Below the pieces are notes generated by a model, which was not told the DNA's origin, searched no databases, and saw only the letters and a list, made by a program, of their open reading frames with translations. DNA of 64,000 nt from Octopus sinensis (lineage: Eukaryota). Positions 38,908-52,273 of the stretch are shown here, in pieces. The stretch is from assembly GCF_006345805.1 (NCBI RefSeq), contig NC_043004.1, positions 17,608,001 through 17,672,000 of the forward strand. The letters run 5' to 3'. Each line of letters begins with the position of its first letter. The stretch's first letter is position 1. The position numbers and the translations under genes are program-made.

Positions 38908-40011
38908 GCATATACAAACATATATTATTTATAAAGAAGACATATAATATCTGGGAGTTTGTGTGAGTGTGAATGCATTCCCTCGTGCTTTTTAGTATAC
39001 ACACACGCGCACACACACACACATATATATACATACATACATATATATATATATATGTATGTATGTATATATATATATATATATATATATACAAGGAGGG
39101 AGGAAGAGAGAAAAAGAGAAAGAGTGGGAGATAAAAGAATGTAAATAGGATGTACAAACTAATAAGATAGATAAGAAATGGAAATCCATTTCTCTCTCCT
39201 ACACTGTCAAAGCAGTAGTTATAATAACTATGTATCAGATTAGTTCATGTGCTTCGGTCTAAAATAATGAATGTCAGTTTTGCTTCCTTGATCAAAATTG
39301 TCAGAATTCTCTTTAAAATATTTTCATGGAAACACTCTTAAAATGCAATACCATTAATCTCTATTGTACTTGTCAATAACGACGAGAAAAAAGCGTTTCA
39401 AACTTGGCAAAATACTTTAACTTTTGTTCACGCGAACGTAGAATGTTAACTCGCTGAGCGTAGGATTTTAATGAGAAAAAGATACGTTTGAAGAAATTTC
39501 AGTGACAGTAAACTTTCCAGAAACAACACGTTCTTACGTAAAAAAATGACTGTCGTTTCTGAAACATGTCCTCTAATTGAATTGACGAAATATTAAAGAA
39601 AAAAGATGAACGAAAATGAAATAGAAAATGTAGAACCAGTCAGATGAAACTTTATCAAATCACTATTGAAACTTTTCACAAAGGGATTATTTATACAAGG
39701 AAAATGTACTACGAAATAAATTATACAAAGCCAAGCCTGGAAATATGGTTAAGAACTTCCCTTCTCAGTACGTGGGACTACATCATGTTGATTCTGTAAT
39801 TGTAACATTGTTACGATTTGACCAATACATTATGAATGGAATGTGTGTAGGCGGAAACTGTTCGGAAACTTTTCGTTAATATATACATGTGTGTATATGT
39901 ATATATATACATACACACACGCACACAGACATATACACATGTATATATGTATATGTATGTGTATGTAAGCACACACACATATATATACATACATATACAT
40001 GCATTATATAT

Positions 40012-40079
<68 letters not shown>

Positions 40080-40124
40080 CGTCTGTGTGTGTGTGTATGT
40101 GTGTGTGTGTGTGTATGTGTGTGT

Positions 40125-40160
<36 letters not shown>

Positions 40161-40204
40161 ATTGAAAAAAATTGGAGTCATTAAGAAGGACATTTATTTT
40201 CAAT

Positions 40205-40480
40205 CACTGCAATTGTTTCCACGCAATGTAGACTCTCATTCCGGAAGATAAGCCGACTAGATGCAACATCACTAGTGAACCTAGAGATCAAAAGACGGAA
40301 AATAAAATATGAAATAGAATGGTTAATAATAAAAAATGCACACCCATCTAATGTATTATCCAGCGTATGTGACTTGTGCCTTGAAGAAGAATTGTGCATT
40401 CTGTTAAGTAACGAAGACTTGGCAAACAAGCATGCTGAAAAAAATATCAAAATGTCACTGCACCAAGTCAGTATTTTCTA
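40205..40480 (+). pseudogene. Penelope GIY-YIG C-terminal fragment
   Basis: KIKYEIEWLIIKNAHPSNVLSSVCDLCLEEELCILL..NKHAE parallels YRLEWSILSVALPFDRGRRQCNLCVSELFHIL of the 45-47 kb element. Confidence 0.8.
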
Positions 40481-40752
40481 GATACATGAGAGTTGAATAA
40501 TATTAATGATAATTCAATAAACTCTCTCCCTCTTCCCTTCCACCATATAGATTTGTGCGTTTGTCGGTTTGTATATCTATATATACGTATGCGTGCCTGT
40601 CCACGTGTTTAGTGTGCACGAATGTATGTATCCACACACACATATATATATATGTGTGTGTGTGTGTGTGTCTATGTGTGTATGTATATATATATATACA
40701 CCTGCGCGCATTTATGTATGTATATGCGTGCGTGTGTATGTATGTGCATGTA

Positions 40753-40789
<37 letters not shown>

Positions 40790-40824
40790 ACATATATATG
40801 TATATATTTATGCATATTCTCATT

Positions 40825-41036
40825 TATTTCTCTTTTACTTGTTTCAGTCATTTGACTGCGGCCATGCTGGAGCGCCGCCTTTAGTCGAGCAAATCGACCC
40901 CGGGACTTATTCTTTGTAAGCCCAGTACTTATTCTATCAGTCTGTTTTGCCGAACCGCTAAGTGACGGGGACGTAAACACACCAGCGTCGGTTGTCAAGC
41001 AATGCTAGGGGAACAAACACAGACACACAAACACAC

Positions 41037-41090
<54 letters not shown>

Positions 41091-41245
41091 GACAGGCTTC
41101 TTTCAGTTTTCGTCTACCAAATTTACTCACAAGGCATTGGTCGGCCCGGGGCTATAGCAGAAGACACTTGCCCAAGATGCCACGCAGTGGGACTGAACCC
41201 GGAACTATTTGGTTGGGTAGCAAGCTACTTACCACACAGCCACAT
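40825..41245 (-). mobile_element. SINE family B
   Basis: Near-consensus, with internal (CATA)/(TA) tract. Confidence 0.92.
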
Positions 41246-41854
41246 GCATATATATGTGTGTGTGTTTATATATATGTGTGAGTGTATGTACGTCTGTGTG
41301 TGCGTGCACGTGTGTGTGTGTGTGTGTATGTGTCCGAGTGTTAGTACGTATATGGATATAATAGGCCGATTCTCAAAAGTCAGCTACGGACAATCACATG
41401 TGAAACCAAGCATGAAGGAAAAACAAGCAGTATAATGAAATCAAATGCCAGTCCCTTTAAAACGGCAACCGTTTTAACTTCAGCAGAATCACCATTCCAC
41501 TACATCTACACATTCAAAGTAGTTTGCCAACGGTCCTTCAGCAGCAACACATCTTGATAAACTCAATGACTAATACTAAATTCAGATCACAACTGACAGA
41601 GAGGATGTTCTTGGAGCCGAAGACTTGAACATACGGAGACAATTGTTACATATTATCCCAGGAAACACAACCAGATCTCACAATACAGGGAAACGGTTGC
41701 TTAATCAAGTTCCTGCATGCCTGGGGAATTACTTTACGTGGAAACAATTGTAAAAATAAATGTCCAACTATACTCCTTGTTGAATTCAAGTTTTTTCAAT
41801 TCTCTATTCACACATGACAGATGCGCAAATGCAAACCTGGAAGTGCATATACTA

Positions 41855-41926
<72 letters not shown>

Positions 41927-42039
41927 CGAATAGCACAGGAGGAAATCTGAACGTGGGCGAGCTTTATACTATCCTTCACTACGTTCTTGATAGAATATAC
42001 CATAACTATATATATATATATATATTATATATATATATA

Positions 42040-42261
42040 TATACCAGAGTAATTACATAAATGTGAAACAAAGGGGTAAAATAGTACTCCAGTACCGGAG
42101 GTAGACTAATATGCTTTACTAATAAGGCTGCAAGACATTACAAAAAAATTGTTACTCAGTTTCCCGTTCCCGTTCGTTGGACATTCTCAACCGAAACTGT
42201 CCGACCAAGGTAAACTCTGAGTAACAGTTTTTGCGATGTCTTTGCAGCTTTATTAATAAAG
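42040..42261. repeat. Diverged fold-back (arms 42114-42159/42217-42261) with one-sided extension toward (TA)n
   Basis: CTTTACTAATAAGGCTGCAAGACATT..TTGTTACTCAG versus CTGAGTAACAG..ATGTCTTTGCAGCTTTATTAATAAAG. Confidence 0.7.
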
Positions 42262-42263
42262 TA

Positions 42264-42605
42264 GCAGGAGTGGCTGTGTGGTAAGTAGCTTGCTACCCAA
42301 CCACATAGTCCTGGGTTCAGTTCCACTGCGTGGCACCTTGGACATGTGCCAGAACACAGAATACTGCCTTATTCGATCAAAGCCTTGTGAGTGGATTTCG
42401 TAGACGGAAATATGTTTCTGTGTCTGTGTTTGTCCCCCCACCATCGCTTGACAACAAATGTTGGTGTGTTTAGTGACTTAGCACTTCAACAAGAGAGACC
42501 GATAGAATAAGTAATAGGCTTACAATAAGTCGTGGGGTCGACTTGTTCAACTAAAGGCGGTGCTCCAGCATGGCCACAGTCAAATGACTGAAACAAATAA
42601 AAGAA
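42264..42605 (+). mobile_element. SINE family B, internal deletion
   Basis: Consensus head and tail. Confidence 0.85.
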
Positions 42606-42654
42606 TATATATATCTATATATATATATATCTATATATATATATGATATATATA

Positions 42655-42691
<37 letters not shown>

Positions 42692-42829
42692 TAATAGCGA
42701 CAGAGTCAGTATTAATACCAAAAGCAATATTTATGTCCCGCTAAAACTCGGAGGTGTGCCAGAACACAGAATACTGCGTTATTCATCTCTAGCTATTTGC
42801 TATATATATATATATATATATATATACAT

Positions 42830-43205
42830 AAGAGCAAAACGCCCCCCGTTTAATGGATGATGCTGAGTTGCCAAACATTTAAACTAAATTTTCTCAAAAC
42901 AACTTGTCCGACCGACCCGTAGGCCTCCCATTTGAGAAACATTGATTTAACCTAAATTTGAGACACCAGCAAAAGACAGATTTCGACTGAGGTACTTGCG
43001 CGTACAAATTCACGTTCACACAGCTTTATCGATCGCATTCTCACCTGGAATCGGCTTTTATTATTTTTTCAAGACTTATACAAGCCCTGATACCGTCGGT
43101 ATCTACATATCAAATTTGAGCGCAATCGGATGGGGGATGCCCGAGACGCTAGAAGACACACACACACACACACACAGACAGAACGGATTTTATATAATAG
43201 ATATA
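42830..43205 (+). mobile_element. Possible Helitron/Helentron-derived non-autonomous element
   Basis: CAAATTTGAGCGCAATCGG...(AC)n ACAGACAGA...TTTTATATAATAGAT 3' layout resembles DINE/HINE-type elements; similarity from memory only. Confidence 0.35.
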
Positions 43206-43400
43206 TATTACGGAGATGTACTTGCATAGCAAGTGACCTGATCTGAGATTGTGTGCTGAAACAAAAACAATTGCAGCGTGGAAGGTATTTATAAGCCATT
43301 TAAAAACACCCAAAAACCGTTAGATTCACATTTAAATTTAATTTGCCAAAATATTTTCATCGCTTTGAGACCGCGACCTGTTCACTGACAAAATCCTGTG

Positions 43401-43460
<60 letters not shown>

Positions 43461-43518
43461 TGTATATATATAAATTGGATTAGCTCTCAGTAAAAAGCCT
43501 TATATGGAAAGATAGCAG

Positions 43519-43553
43519 AAATTACGTTTCGAGCCTCGCTGTTTGTCAGAAAG
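43519..43553 (-). ncRNA. Heavily degenerate minimal HHR, same family as 5868 and 50803
   Basis: Minus strand CTTT-CTGACAA-A-CAGC-GAG-GCTC-GAAAC-GTA. Confidence 0.35.
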
Positions 43554-43790
43554 AGGAAAACATCTAGAGAGGCAGAAAAAGAGGAAGGAGCAGATATTCC
43601 AGAGTAAAGCACGTATGAGATAGCAAGAAAATAAAATAACAGGCTTCCTCACGGTTTTCGTCTGTTCAGTTCACTCGTAAGGCATTGGTCGACCTAGGGC
43701 ATTTGCACAAAGGGCTACGCAGTGGAATTGAAACCGAAATCATTGTAGTTGCAAAGCGATCTTCTTAACCTCACAGCCATTCCTGTGATA

Positions 43791-43862
<72 letters not shown>

Positions 43863-44080
43863 TAAATATGAGTGAACTGTGATCCTAATATTTTTTTGTG
43901 TCATCAGATTTGTGAGATTTCAAAAGCGCTGTTAGCCATTGGTAAATTTAGTATTAAGAAATTAGGATAAAATATATCTAATTATATTTAAGCTCAGTGA
44001 CTCGTACTTTTATACTTGGTATAGCACAGAAAGACCAGAGGACACACACGTACGCACACACATACACCCTCATATATATA

Positions 44081-44153
<73 letters not shown>

Positions 44154-44250
44154 GATATATATGTATATATATATACATATATCTATATAATAGAATATTA
44201 AAATAACTAAGTCTCTCTAAAAGAGAACAGCGGCAGCGTTCCCGGAAAAT

Positions 44251-44572
44251 AATAGTTATCGCCATACTAATATGGCATTCTTATAAAAATAAGAAAAAAG
44301 CTGTCCGCTTATTAGCTCCATGAGGCCATCGCCTTAAGTTAGCTATTTGATACACAAACTGTATCCATATAACCTTCGAACAAGGGAGGTCAGTCGCTCC
44401 ACACTACTTGACCGGCAAGTAGTGTGGAGCGACTGACCTCCCTGTTCGAAGGTTATATGGATACAGTTTGTGTATCAAATAGCTAACTTAAGGCGATGGC
44501 CCCATGGAGCTAATAAGCGGACAGCTTTTTTCTTATTTTATAAGAATGCCATATTAGTATGGCGATACTATT
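44251..44572. repeat. Palindrome with ~160-bp arms, 5-nt loop (ACCGG) and ~60-bp left tail, between (TA)n tracts
   Basis: ...TCGCTCCACACTACTTG-ACCGG-CAAGTAGTGTGGAGCGA...; about 4 differences between arms. Confidence 0.93.
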
Positions 44573-44577
44573 ATATA

Positions 44578-44612
<35 letters not shown>

Positions 44613-44670
44613 ACATTATTGGTGAATTGAAGAAATGGAGCTGAACGCAGATTGAACAGAAATCGTTTTA

Positions 44671-44760
44671 TTTCATTCTACACGTGTTTCGAAAGGCACA
44701 AATTACCAAATCCGATTGAATAATGGGACCATATTGTGTCTTTCTCTTCAGGAAGAAAAA
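44671..44760 (-). ncRNA. Type I hammerhead in PLE 3' repeat (left arm)
   Basis: TTTTCTTC-CTGAAGA-GAAAGACACAA-loop-TTGTGCCTTTC-GAAAC-ACGT-GTA-GAATGAAA. Confidence 0.8.
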
Positions 44761-45364
44761 AGGAAATCCGTTGGAAAAACAGAAACAGAACAGAGGCAGA
44801 GCAAAAAACAAATCGAACTGTGCTCCTAAGAGCCCATGGCGAAACTGTTTATCAGTGTATGTTGAGAACCGGTGGCTGAAGAATTCAACAGGTCAGGCAT
44901 CGGTCAAACATGTGGGTGAGGGTGTATAGATGTTCTTTGTGACCGAGAATAAAGTTCTGACTATTTAAAGAATATTGGATGTTTTATAAGGGGCGAGAAA
45001 AAATCTACTTAGAGACGTGTGTGTGTGTTATACTGTTCTATATATGTGTGTGTTGGCGTAGGGGTAGAAAACATTTTTGTGTACGTGTGTGCGTTTGATC
45101 GTTCGGCTGTCAGTGGCTACTGCCGTGATAACCGTTGGGTGGCAGAAAAAAAAATAAAGAAATTATATATATATATTTTATGTTTTATGTGTGTGTGTGT
45201 GTTCATCTAAGCCTACCTTGACAAGGAAACCCCCCGCTGTGAAAAAACAAGCCCCGTTTGTCTTACAGGAGTAATTTCCCTTGCAGTGGTTAATTGTAGA
45301 TATCTTAAAATCTATTTCAGAATTTGTTACCAAGGGCTATGGGTGCCGGTCTTATTTATAAACG

Positions 45365-46378
45365 CTATTTAAAGGCCAGATAAGTGTAACGCCGCCAATG
45401 GGGGCATCGAAAAGCCGACTGTAAGAGCCCGTTTACCATCCGGCCTCTGGCAAACAAAATATGGAAGAGTTCGGAGACACAAAGGTTGCACTGTCTTCTG
45501 CCCCTATCAAATGGGAGGGCCACCGACAAAATTGACCATTCCAGCCTATAGCTTAAGTTCGCATCCTTCAGTCGCCATATTAGCTTACTGAGTCCCGTGG
45601 TCTGGCGCTTGTTCACGTCCCGAAAAGTTGCGTAATGGTTGGAGACACGCAAAGACAATCTTGAGGACGATGCCCCTATATAAGTGAAGGCATCTGAGTC
45701 CGTGTAAACCTTGCATTGGTAGACGGCGTTTTTGATCTTGGAGTTCGCCGACGTGAATCTTACTCTGCTAGGATTGGTTTGAAATTAGAACTGCGTTCCT
45801 GTCACTATATTCGTTCCGAGCCCTGTAGCCGCTTACTACTCTATTTTCCACTACGTCACTATTAACTATAGGAATAACCCCTGATTCTCCCTATCTATCA
45901 GAGTGCTGTCATTGCTACTGCTGCCCGTGGTACTGCTATTGCGGGAAATGATGCTGGGGATGCTAAAGGGGCTCTCTACCCTACTCCCATGTTACCATCA
46001 TCCACAACACCCCTATTTATAACTATACCCCTAGTGGGTACTCCCTGGCTGGAGCTGAGATTATGTGTCACTGTACTGGCTCTCATATCATTATTACTAC
46101 TATAATTATTCCTACTGAGCATTAAGCCGGGAGCGGAAGAGGCTGTGCCTCCGGAAAAGGTGATGGGTCTTAGTAAGTAGCCTATTATTATGGGAGGCGA
46201 TTATCTGGGCGAGGTTTTTAGTGTTGGAGAAAGCTATCCTAACTTTATGTGAGTTAACCGTGGAGTAATATTTGGAATTTCTGGGGAAGTTATTGGCGAT
46301 GGCTTGTCTAAACATGAGGGGAGGTTAGTTCTAATCTGCTTACCAAAGGGGATTACAAACCATATATGCTTATTCCTA
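45365..46378 (-). pseudogene. Penelope linker plus GIY-YIG endonuclease, left arm (RT absent, frameshifted)
   Basis: WFVIPFGKQIRTNL..NNFPRNSKYY..VRIAFSNTKNLAQIIASHN; AVYQCKV..YIGASS..RVSNHYATF..TGLSKLIWRLK..CNLCVSE..CPH. Confidence 0.88.
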
Positions 46379-46389
46379 TTCCTAGGAAT

Positions 46390-47394
46390 AAGCATATATG
46401 GTTTGTAATCCCCTTTGGTAAGCAGATTAGAACTAACCTCCCCCTCATGTTTAGACAAGCCATCGCCAATAACTTCCCCAGAAATTCCAAATATTACTCA
46501 CACGTTAACTCACATAAAGTTAGGATAGCTTCTCCAACACTAAAACCTCGCCAATAACGCCTCCCATAATAATAGCTACTTACTAAGACCCTATCACCTT
46601 TTTCCGGGCACAGCCTCTCCCTCTCCCGGCTTAATGCTCAGTAGGAATAATTATAGTAGTAATAAGTATATAATGAGTAGAGAGCCAGTACAGTGACACA
46701 TAATCTCAGCTCCAGCCAGGAGTACCCACTAGGGGTATAGTTAAATAGGGTGTTGTGGATGATGGTAACAATGGGAGTAGGGTAGAGAGCCCCTTTAGCA
46801 TCCCCAGCATCATTTCCCGCAATAGCAGTACCACGGGCAGTAGCAATGACAGCACTCTGATAGATAGTGGAGAATCAGGGTTATTCCTATAGTTAATAGT
46901 GACGTAGTGGAAAATAGAGTAGTAAGCGGCTACAGGGCTCGGAACGAATATAGTGACAGGAACGCAGTTCTAATTTCAGAAACCAATCCTAGCAGAGTAA
47001 GATTCACGTCGGCGAACTCCAAGATCAAAAACGCCGTCTACCAATGCAAGGTTTACACGGACTCAGATGCCTTCACTTATATAGGGGCATCGTCCTCAAG
47101 ATTGTCTTTGCGTGTCTCCAACCATTACGCAACTTTTCGGGACGTGAACAAGCGCCAGACCACGGGACTCAGTAAGCTAATATGGCGACTGAAGGATGCG
47201 AACTTAGCTATAGGCTGGAATGGTCAATTTTGTCGGTGGCCCTCCCATTTGATAGGGGCAGAAGACAGTGCAACCTTTGTGTCTCCGAACTCTTCCATAT
47301 TTTGTTTGCCAGAGGCCGGATGGTAAACGGGCTCTTACAGTCGGCTTTTCGATGCCCCCATTGGCGGCGTTACACTTATCTGGCCTTTAAATAG
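46390..47394 (+). pseudogene. Penelope linker plus GIY-YIG endonuclease, right arm
   Basis: ORFs 46366-46557, 46907-47326 and 47182-47394 are frameshifted pieces of the same protein as the left arm. Confidence 0.88.
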
Positions 47395-47990
47395 CGTTTA
47401 TAAATAAGACCGGCACCCATAGCCCTTGGTACAAATTCTGAAATAGATTTAAGATATCTACAATTAACCACTGCAAGGGAAATTACTCCTGTAGACAAAC
47501 GGGGCTTGTTTTTTCACAGCGGGGGTTTCCTTGTCAAGGTAGGCTTAGATGAACACACACACACACCATAAAACATAAATTATATATATAATTTCTTTAT
47601 TTTTTTTTCTTTCTGCCACCCAACGGTTATCACGGCAGTAGCCACTGACAGCCGAACGATCAACGCACACACGTACACAAAAAATGTTTTCTACCCTACG
47701 CCAACACACACATATATAGAACAGTATACACACACACACGTCTCTAAGTAGATTTTTTCTCGCCCTTATAAAACATCCAATATTCTTTAAATAGTCAGAA
47801 CTTTATTCTCGGTCACAAAGAACATCTATACACCCTCACCCACATGTTTGACCGATGCTGACCTGTTGAATTCTTCAGCCCACCGGTCTCAACATACACT
47901 GATAAACATTTCGCCATGGGCTCTTAGGAGCACAGTTCGATTTGTTTTTTGCTCTGCCTCTGTTCTGTTCTGTTTTTCCAACGGATTTCC

Positions 47991-48083
47991 TTTTTCTTCC
48001 TGAAGAGAAAGACACAATATGGTCCCATTATTCAATCGGATTTTGGTAATTTGTGTGCCTTTCGAAACACGTGTAGAATGATA
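47991..48083 (+). ncRNA. Type I hammerhead in PLE 3' repeat (right arm)
   Basis: CTGAAGA 48000-48006, GAAAC 48064-48068, ACGT loop, GTA 48073-48075. Confidence 0.78.
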
Positions 48084-48422
48084 AAACGATTTCTGTTCAA
48101 TCTGCGTTCAGCTCCATTTCTTCAATCACCAATAATGTTTTAATTTCAATGTCCGCACCAACGCACGGTTGCAACGCCAGATGGTTGTACCTCCAACCGT
48201 GCTGTTCACTGCTGTGATTTTTGCTACTAAGGTATCGGTAAACTTTGATTAATCTACTACAGATTATTCATCTTTCTATTTCACATTATATATATATATA
48301 TATAGTATATTCTATATAGATATAATATATATATATATATAATATATATATAATAATATATACATACATATATATATATATATATATATTGTATTTATAT
48401 ATATACATATATTATATGTATT

Positions 48423-48494
<72 letters not shown>

Positions 48495-48505
48495 TATACA
48501 TATAT

Positions 48506-48542
<37 letters not shown>

Positions 48543-48793
48543 CATACATATATATGTGTATTTGTATATATATATATTCGTGCATACGTATACATATACC
48601 TACACAAGGTACATATAGATGCATTATTGCAGTGTACACACATGCACACACATATCCATACATAGTACGTATGTACGCACGTACGTACGTATGTATGTAT
48701 GTATGACTATACGTTTGTATATATGTATATATGTATGTATGTATATATGTATTATGTATGTATTATGTCTGTCCGTCTGTCTGTCTGTCTGTA

Positions 48794-48840
<47 letters not shown>

Positions 48841-49004
48841 ATGTATGTATGTATGTATGTATGCATGTATATGTAAATGAAAACTGTCTGTGCTTGTATC
48901 TGAATAAACCAAAGAACGATTCCTTCATTTCTTCTGCTTAGCCTCATTTTCGTTGGCAATAACCCGAACACTACACTACCAAATATTACTGCTGCTGCTA
49001 GAAG

Positions 49005-49045
49005 AAGAAGAAGAACTACTACTACTACTACTACTACTACTACTG

Positions 49046-49083
<38 letters not shown>

Positions 49084-49130
49084 ACTACTACTACTACTAC
49101 TACTGCTACTACAACTACTACTACTACACA
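49005..49130. repeat. (ACT)n/(GCT)n triplet microsatellite
   Basis: Direct reading; similar tracts at ~41850 (ACT)n, ~43795 (AAT)n and ~52190 (ATT)n. Confidence 0.95.
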
Positions 49131-49662
49131 GATACGCATATACATATATGTATGCAAATGTATGTTCTTTAATATCTCTATCTTTGTATATACATGTATT
49201 TGTGTATACTAAAACACACTCTGTTAGCTGTCTGCAAGTATATTCACAAATATGTTGAGAGCATTGTGTTCTTGAGCGAAACACTTCCTCGCAGATTGCT
49301 CGGCGATCACTTCGACGCCTGACGCGTGGTACACCGTGGACTTGTTCAGAGGACGTCGATTGGAGAGAGAGTGAGCTAATGTGCGGCACGAACATTCGAT
49401 CACTATAAAAATAAATCATTTATGTAGGTTGTTCGAAAAAAGGTGAACGCTCATTCGTCGTCATCGACGGGAGAGCCTATCATACATACATACATACATA
49501 CATATAATGTATATATGTATATATATATATTATATATATACAGAGTTACAACTATGATGTTGTTGGTAAAACATGTTCTTTGTCTATCTCCCTATCCTCT
49601 TGAAGATTTTGGGTAAAATTATACTAATGTGACCCTCTAATTTAATTAAATTCTATGTCTTT

Positions 49663-49756
49663 GTGCAGCTGAAGATTGCTCTACATTTTAAATTAATGTA
49701 ATGAAATGATTGTATTGTTCAATTAAATGGAGTCGCATGAAACGATCGTACTGCAT
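49663..49756 (+). ncRNA. Type I hammerhead with long stem II in a ~270-bp (TA)n-flanked element (~49520-49790)
   Basis: GTGCAG-CTGAAGA-[TTGCTCTACATTT...AAATGGAGTCGCAT]-GAAAC-GATC-GTA-CTGCAT. Confidence 0.72.
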
Positions 49757-49787
49757 TACCTCTGGATATCCTTGTTGCTTATTTTGG

Positions 49788-49818
<31 letters not shown>

Positions 49819-50802
49819 CAATACGGAGCAAATTCCCGAAAAAATAATTTGCGAAGATATCATAGACTCTATTATTATCTAGAGCAACAATACACACGCA
49901 CACACAAACACACACATACGCACACACATACACACGCACACACATTCATTAGAAAATGAAGAAAACAGAAAAAAATTAACGTACAGATTTTATTTAATGA
50001 CATTCCAATTATTGTAAAGAAATTCCTGCCTACAGCTGTTTCCATACCTAATTAATTCAATTACAGAAATAAAATTCAAATTCTCATATGTGAATCCAGT
50101 CAATTGGGTATTTGTTCAGGGAGAATTTCCAAAAGGAAGTTATGTTACGACGTATAGGCTAACCGACGACAAACTCAGATGTGTGTGTGTGTTTTCATGA
50201 ATGAGAAAGTTCCTTAGAAAGCCGTTATTACCATATATGTATAAATAAACACATTCGACATATTTGTGCTCGTGCAAATATGATGTATAATAGTTCATTG
50301 ATTGCGTTATGGCTGCTAAGAAAACACAGATACTACAAAGAGAAAGAGAAAGGTAGATAAAAATTTCTGAGTGGTGGGAAACGCTATAGATTAAACGTGA
50401 CGGTGTGGGCAGCTTCACATATCAAATAGTTGAGTTTATGCCTTTTATCAATACTGAAGTTTATTAAAATATATTATATCAAATTCCATAATTCCATCTA
50501 AAATTGTTACGTCATCAACATTTGCGTAAATATCTGGTCAATACTCATTATGTAAACACAAGCAGAACCTACATATTACTATATGTAGAAAGTAAATATG
50601 ACAACCACGTACACTAGAGCTGCCATTACCTCAAAAAAATATGCTAACTCAAGCCCAGTTCAATATATATATATATATATATATAATATATATATATATA
50701 TTATAGTTAATCGAAACATGAACAAAGAAAAAACACAGCAACCTGAGGACGTGGAAATAGTATAGTGTTATTGGACGCTCTGGAAAGAAAAGAAACAAGG
50801 AG

Positions 50803-50840
50803 GATTTAACGTTTCGAGCGGAGCTCTTCGTCAGAAACAT
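50803..50840 (-). ncRNA. Minimal hammerhead motif in short element (~50630-50900)
   Basis: Minus strand GTTT-CTGACGA-A-GAGC-TCC-GCTC-GAAAC-GTT-AAAT; loopless palindromic stem III (AACGTT). Confidence 0.6.
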
Positions 50841-50937
50841 ACAAAAAGAAACGGTCCAAGGAAGGGAAGCCGAGAGCGAACGAAAAACGCCAACGATCCA
50901 CACGCGTTACATATTGAAAATCAATATATAAATATAT

Positions 50938-50974
<37 letters not shown>

Positions 50975-50975
50975 C

Positions 50976-51026
<51 letters not shown>

Positions 51027-51046
51027 GTGTGTGTGTTGTGTGTGTA

Positions 51047-51079
<33 letters not shown>

Positions 51080-51126
51080 TATATAATACTAACATATGCA
51101 TATATATATATATATATGTATTATAT

Positions 51127-51191
<65 letters not shown>

Positions 51192-52093
51192 AGCAGTTGA
51201 TACATTAAGTAAGTATGCACGGAAGGACACAAATAATACATATATCTGCACTGAGATTGCAAATGGCCACATAACTGCAAAATTCAGTACTAAAACATCA
51301 CTGACTTACGACAGCATTTAGATTTTCTTCCACAAGTGAAACGCGAAATAATGAAATCCACAGAATAAAGAAAACTCTCACCAGCACTGGGCATTCACAC
51401 AAACTGCATAGAATGGAACATTTTGTAATGGAATTTCTTGATCAAAGGCACAAGACGCTACCAGATCTAGGACTTGAACTCAAGACGTAATGATCCTGAT
51501 CGAAGACAATAACTACTAGAGCACGCATATTCAGGAAAGATATCTATTTCCTAGGATTTTAATGCACCAATTACTCAACACTCGTATATTAAATTAGCTT
51601 GCATTGAATTCGCCCCACCTTTCATGTCAGCGAATTCTTACAAAATTACCTCTGATTATTTCATTACGTTCTATACCAGATAATTTATTTAATAAAAAAT
51701 GTAATATAAATAATGATATTTAAAAAATGCCTAAGCGATTAACATTCTTCTGCATCTTCAAAATAATTTTAGGATTCTTTGAAGACGTTTTATAATCGAA
51801 TAAAGTGCTAATTGCTTCCAAAAAGAAATTAGTGTAACACTGCCGTTTCGTTAGTACTATTTATTAATTAATTTTCAAAGACAGGAATGAGATTATGGAT
51901 AGTAGGGGCAGACATTTATTTTTGTTGTATCATTTAACAGAATGTATAATTTACATCTTAATAAGATACACGCACACAAATTTACCCACGGATTAAATGA
52001 AGTATCATTCCTTTGAATAAAACGCTATTGAAGAGGGTGTACTCATGTACTCATTGGTGTGTTAGAGAAACAGATATAAATATATATATATAT

Positions 52094-52134
<41 letters not shown>

Positions 52135-52190
52135 GGAAAGAGTGCAATATATATATATATAGAGAGAGAGAGAGAGGGTATTTTGAATGC

Positions 52191-52273
<83 letters not shown>

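Larger units (their letters stand above)
44612..48290. mobile_element. Head-to-head palindromic 5'-truncated Penelope-like element (arms 44612-46378/46383-48141, right-side tail to ~48290)
   Basis: Arms are reverse complements meeting at CTTATTCCTA-TTCC-TAGGAATAAG; each carries GIY-YIG coding sequence, 3' UTR and HHR; flanked by (TA)n. Confidence 0.92.

Noticed and set aside
40835-40880. SINE B tail (CAGTC-AAAT-GACT-GAAAC-AA-GTA) as a hammerhead
   Set aside because: It has a hairpin and GAAAC but no CUGANGA core; treated as a LINE-type 3' stem-loop.
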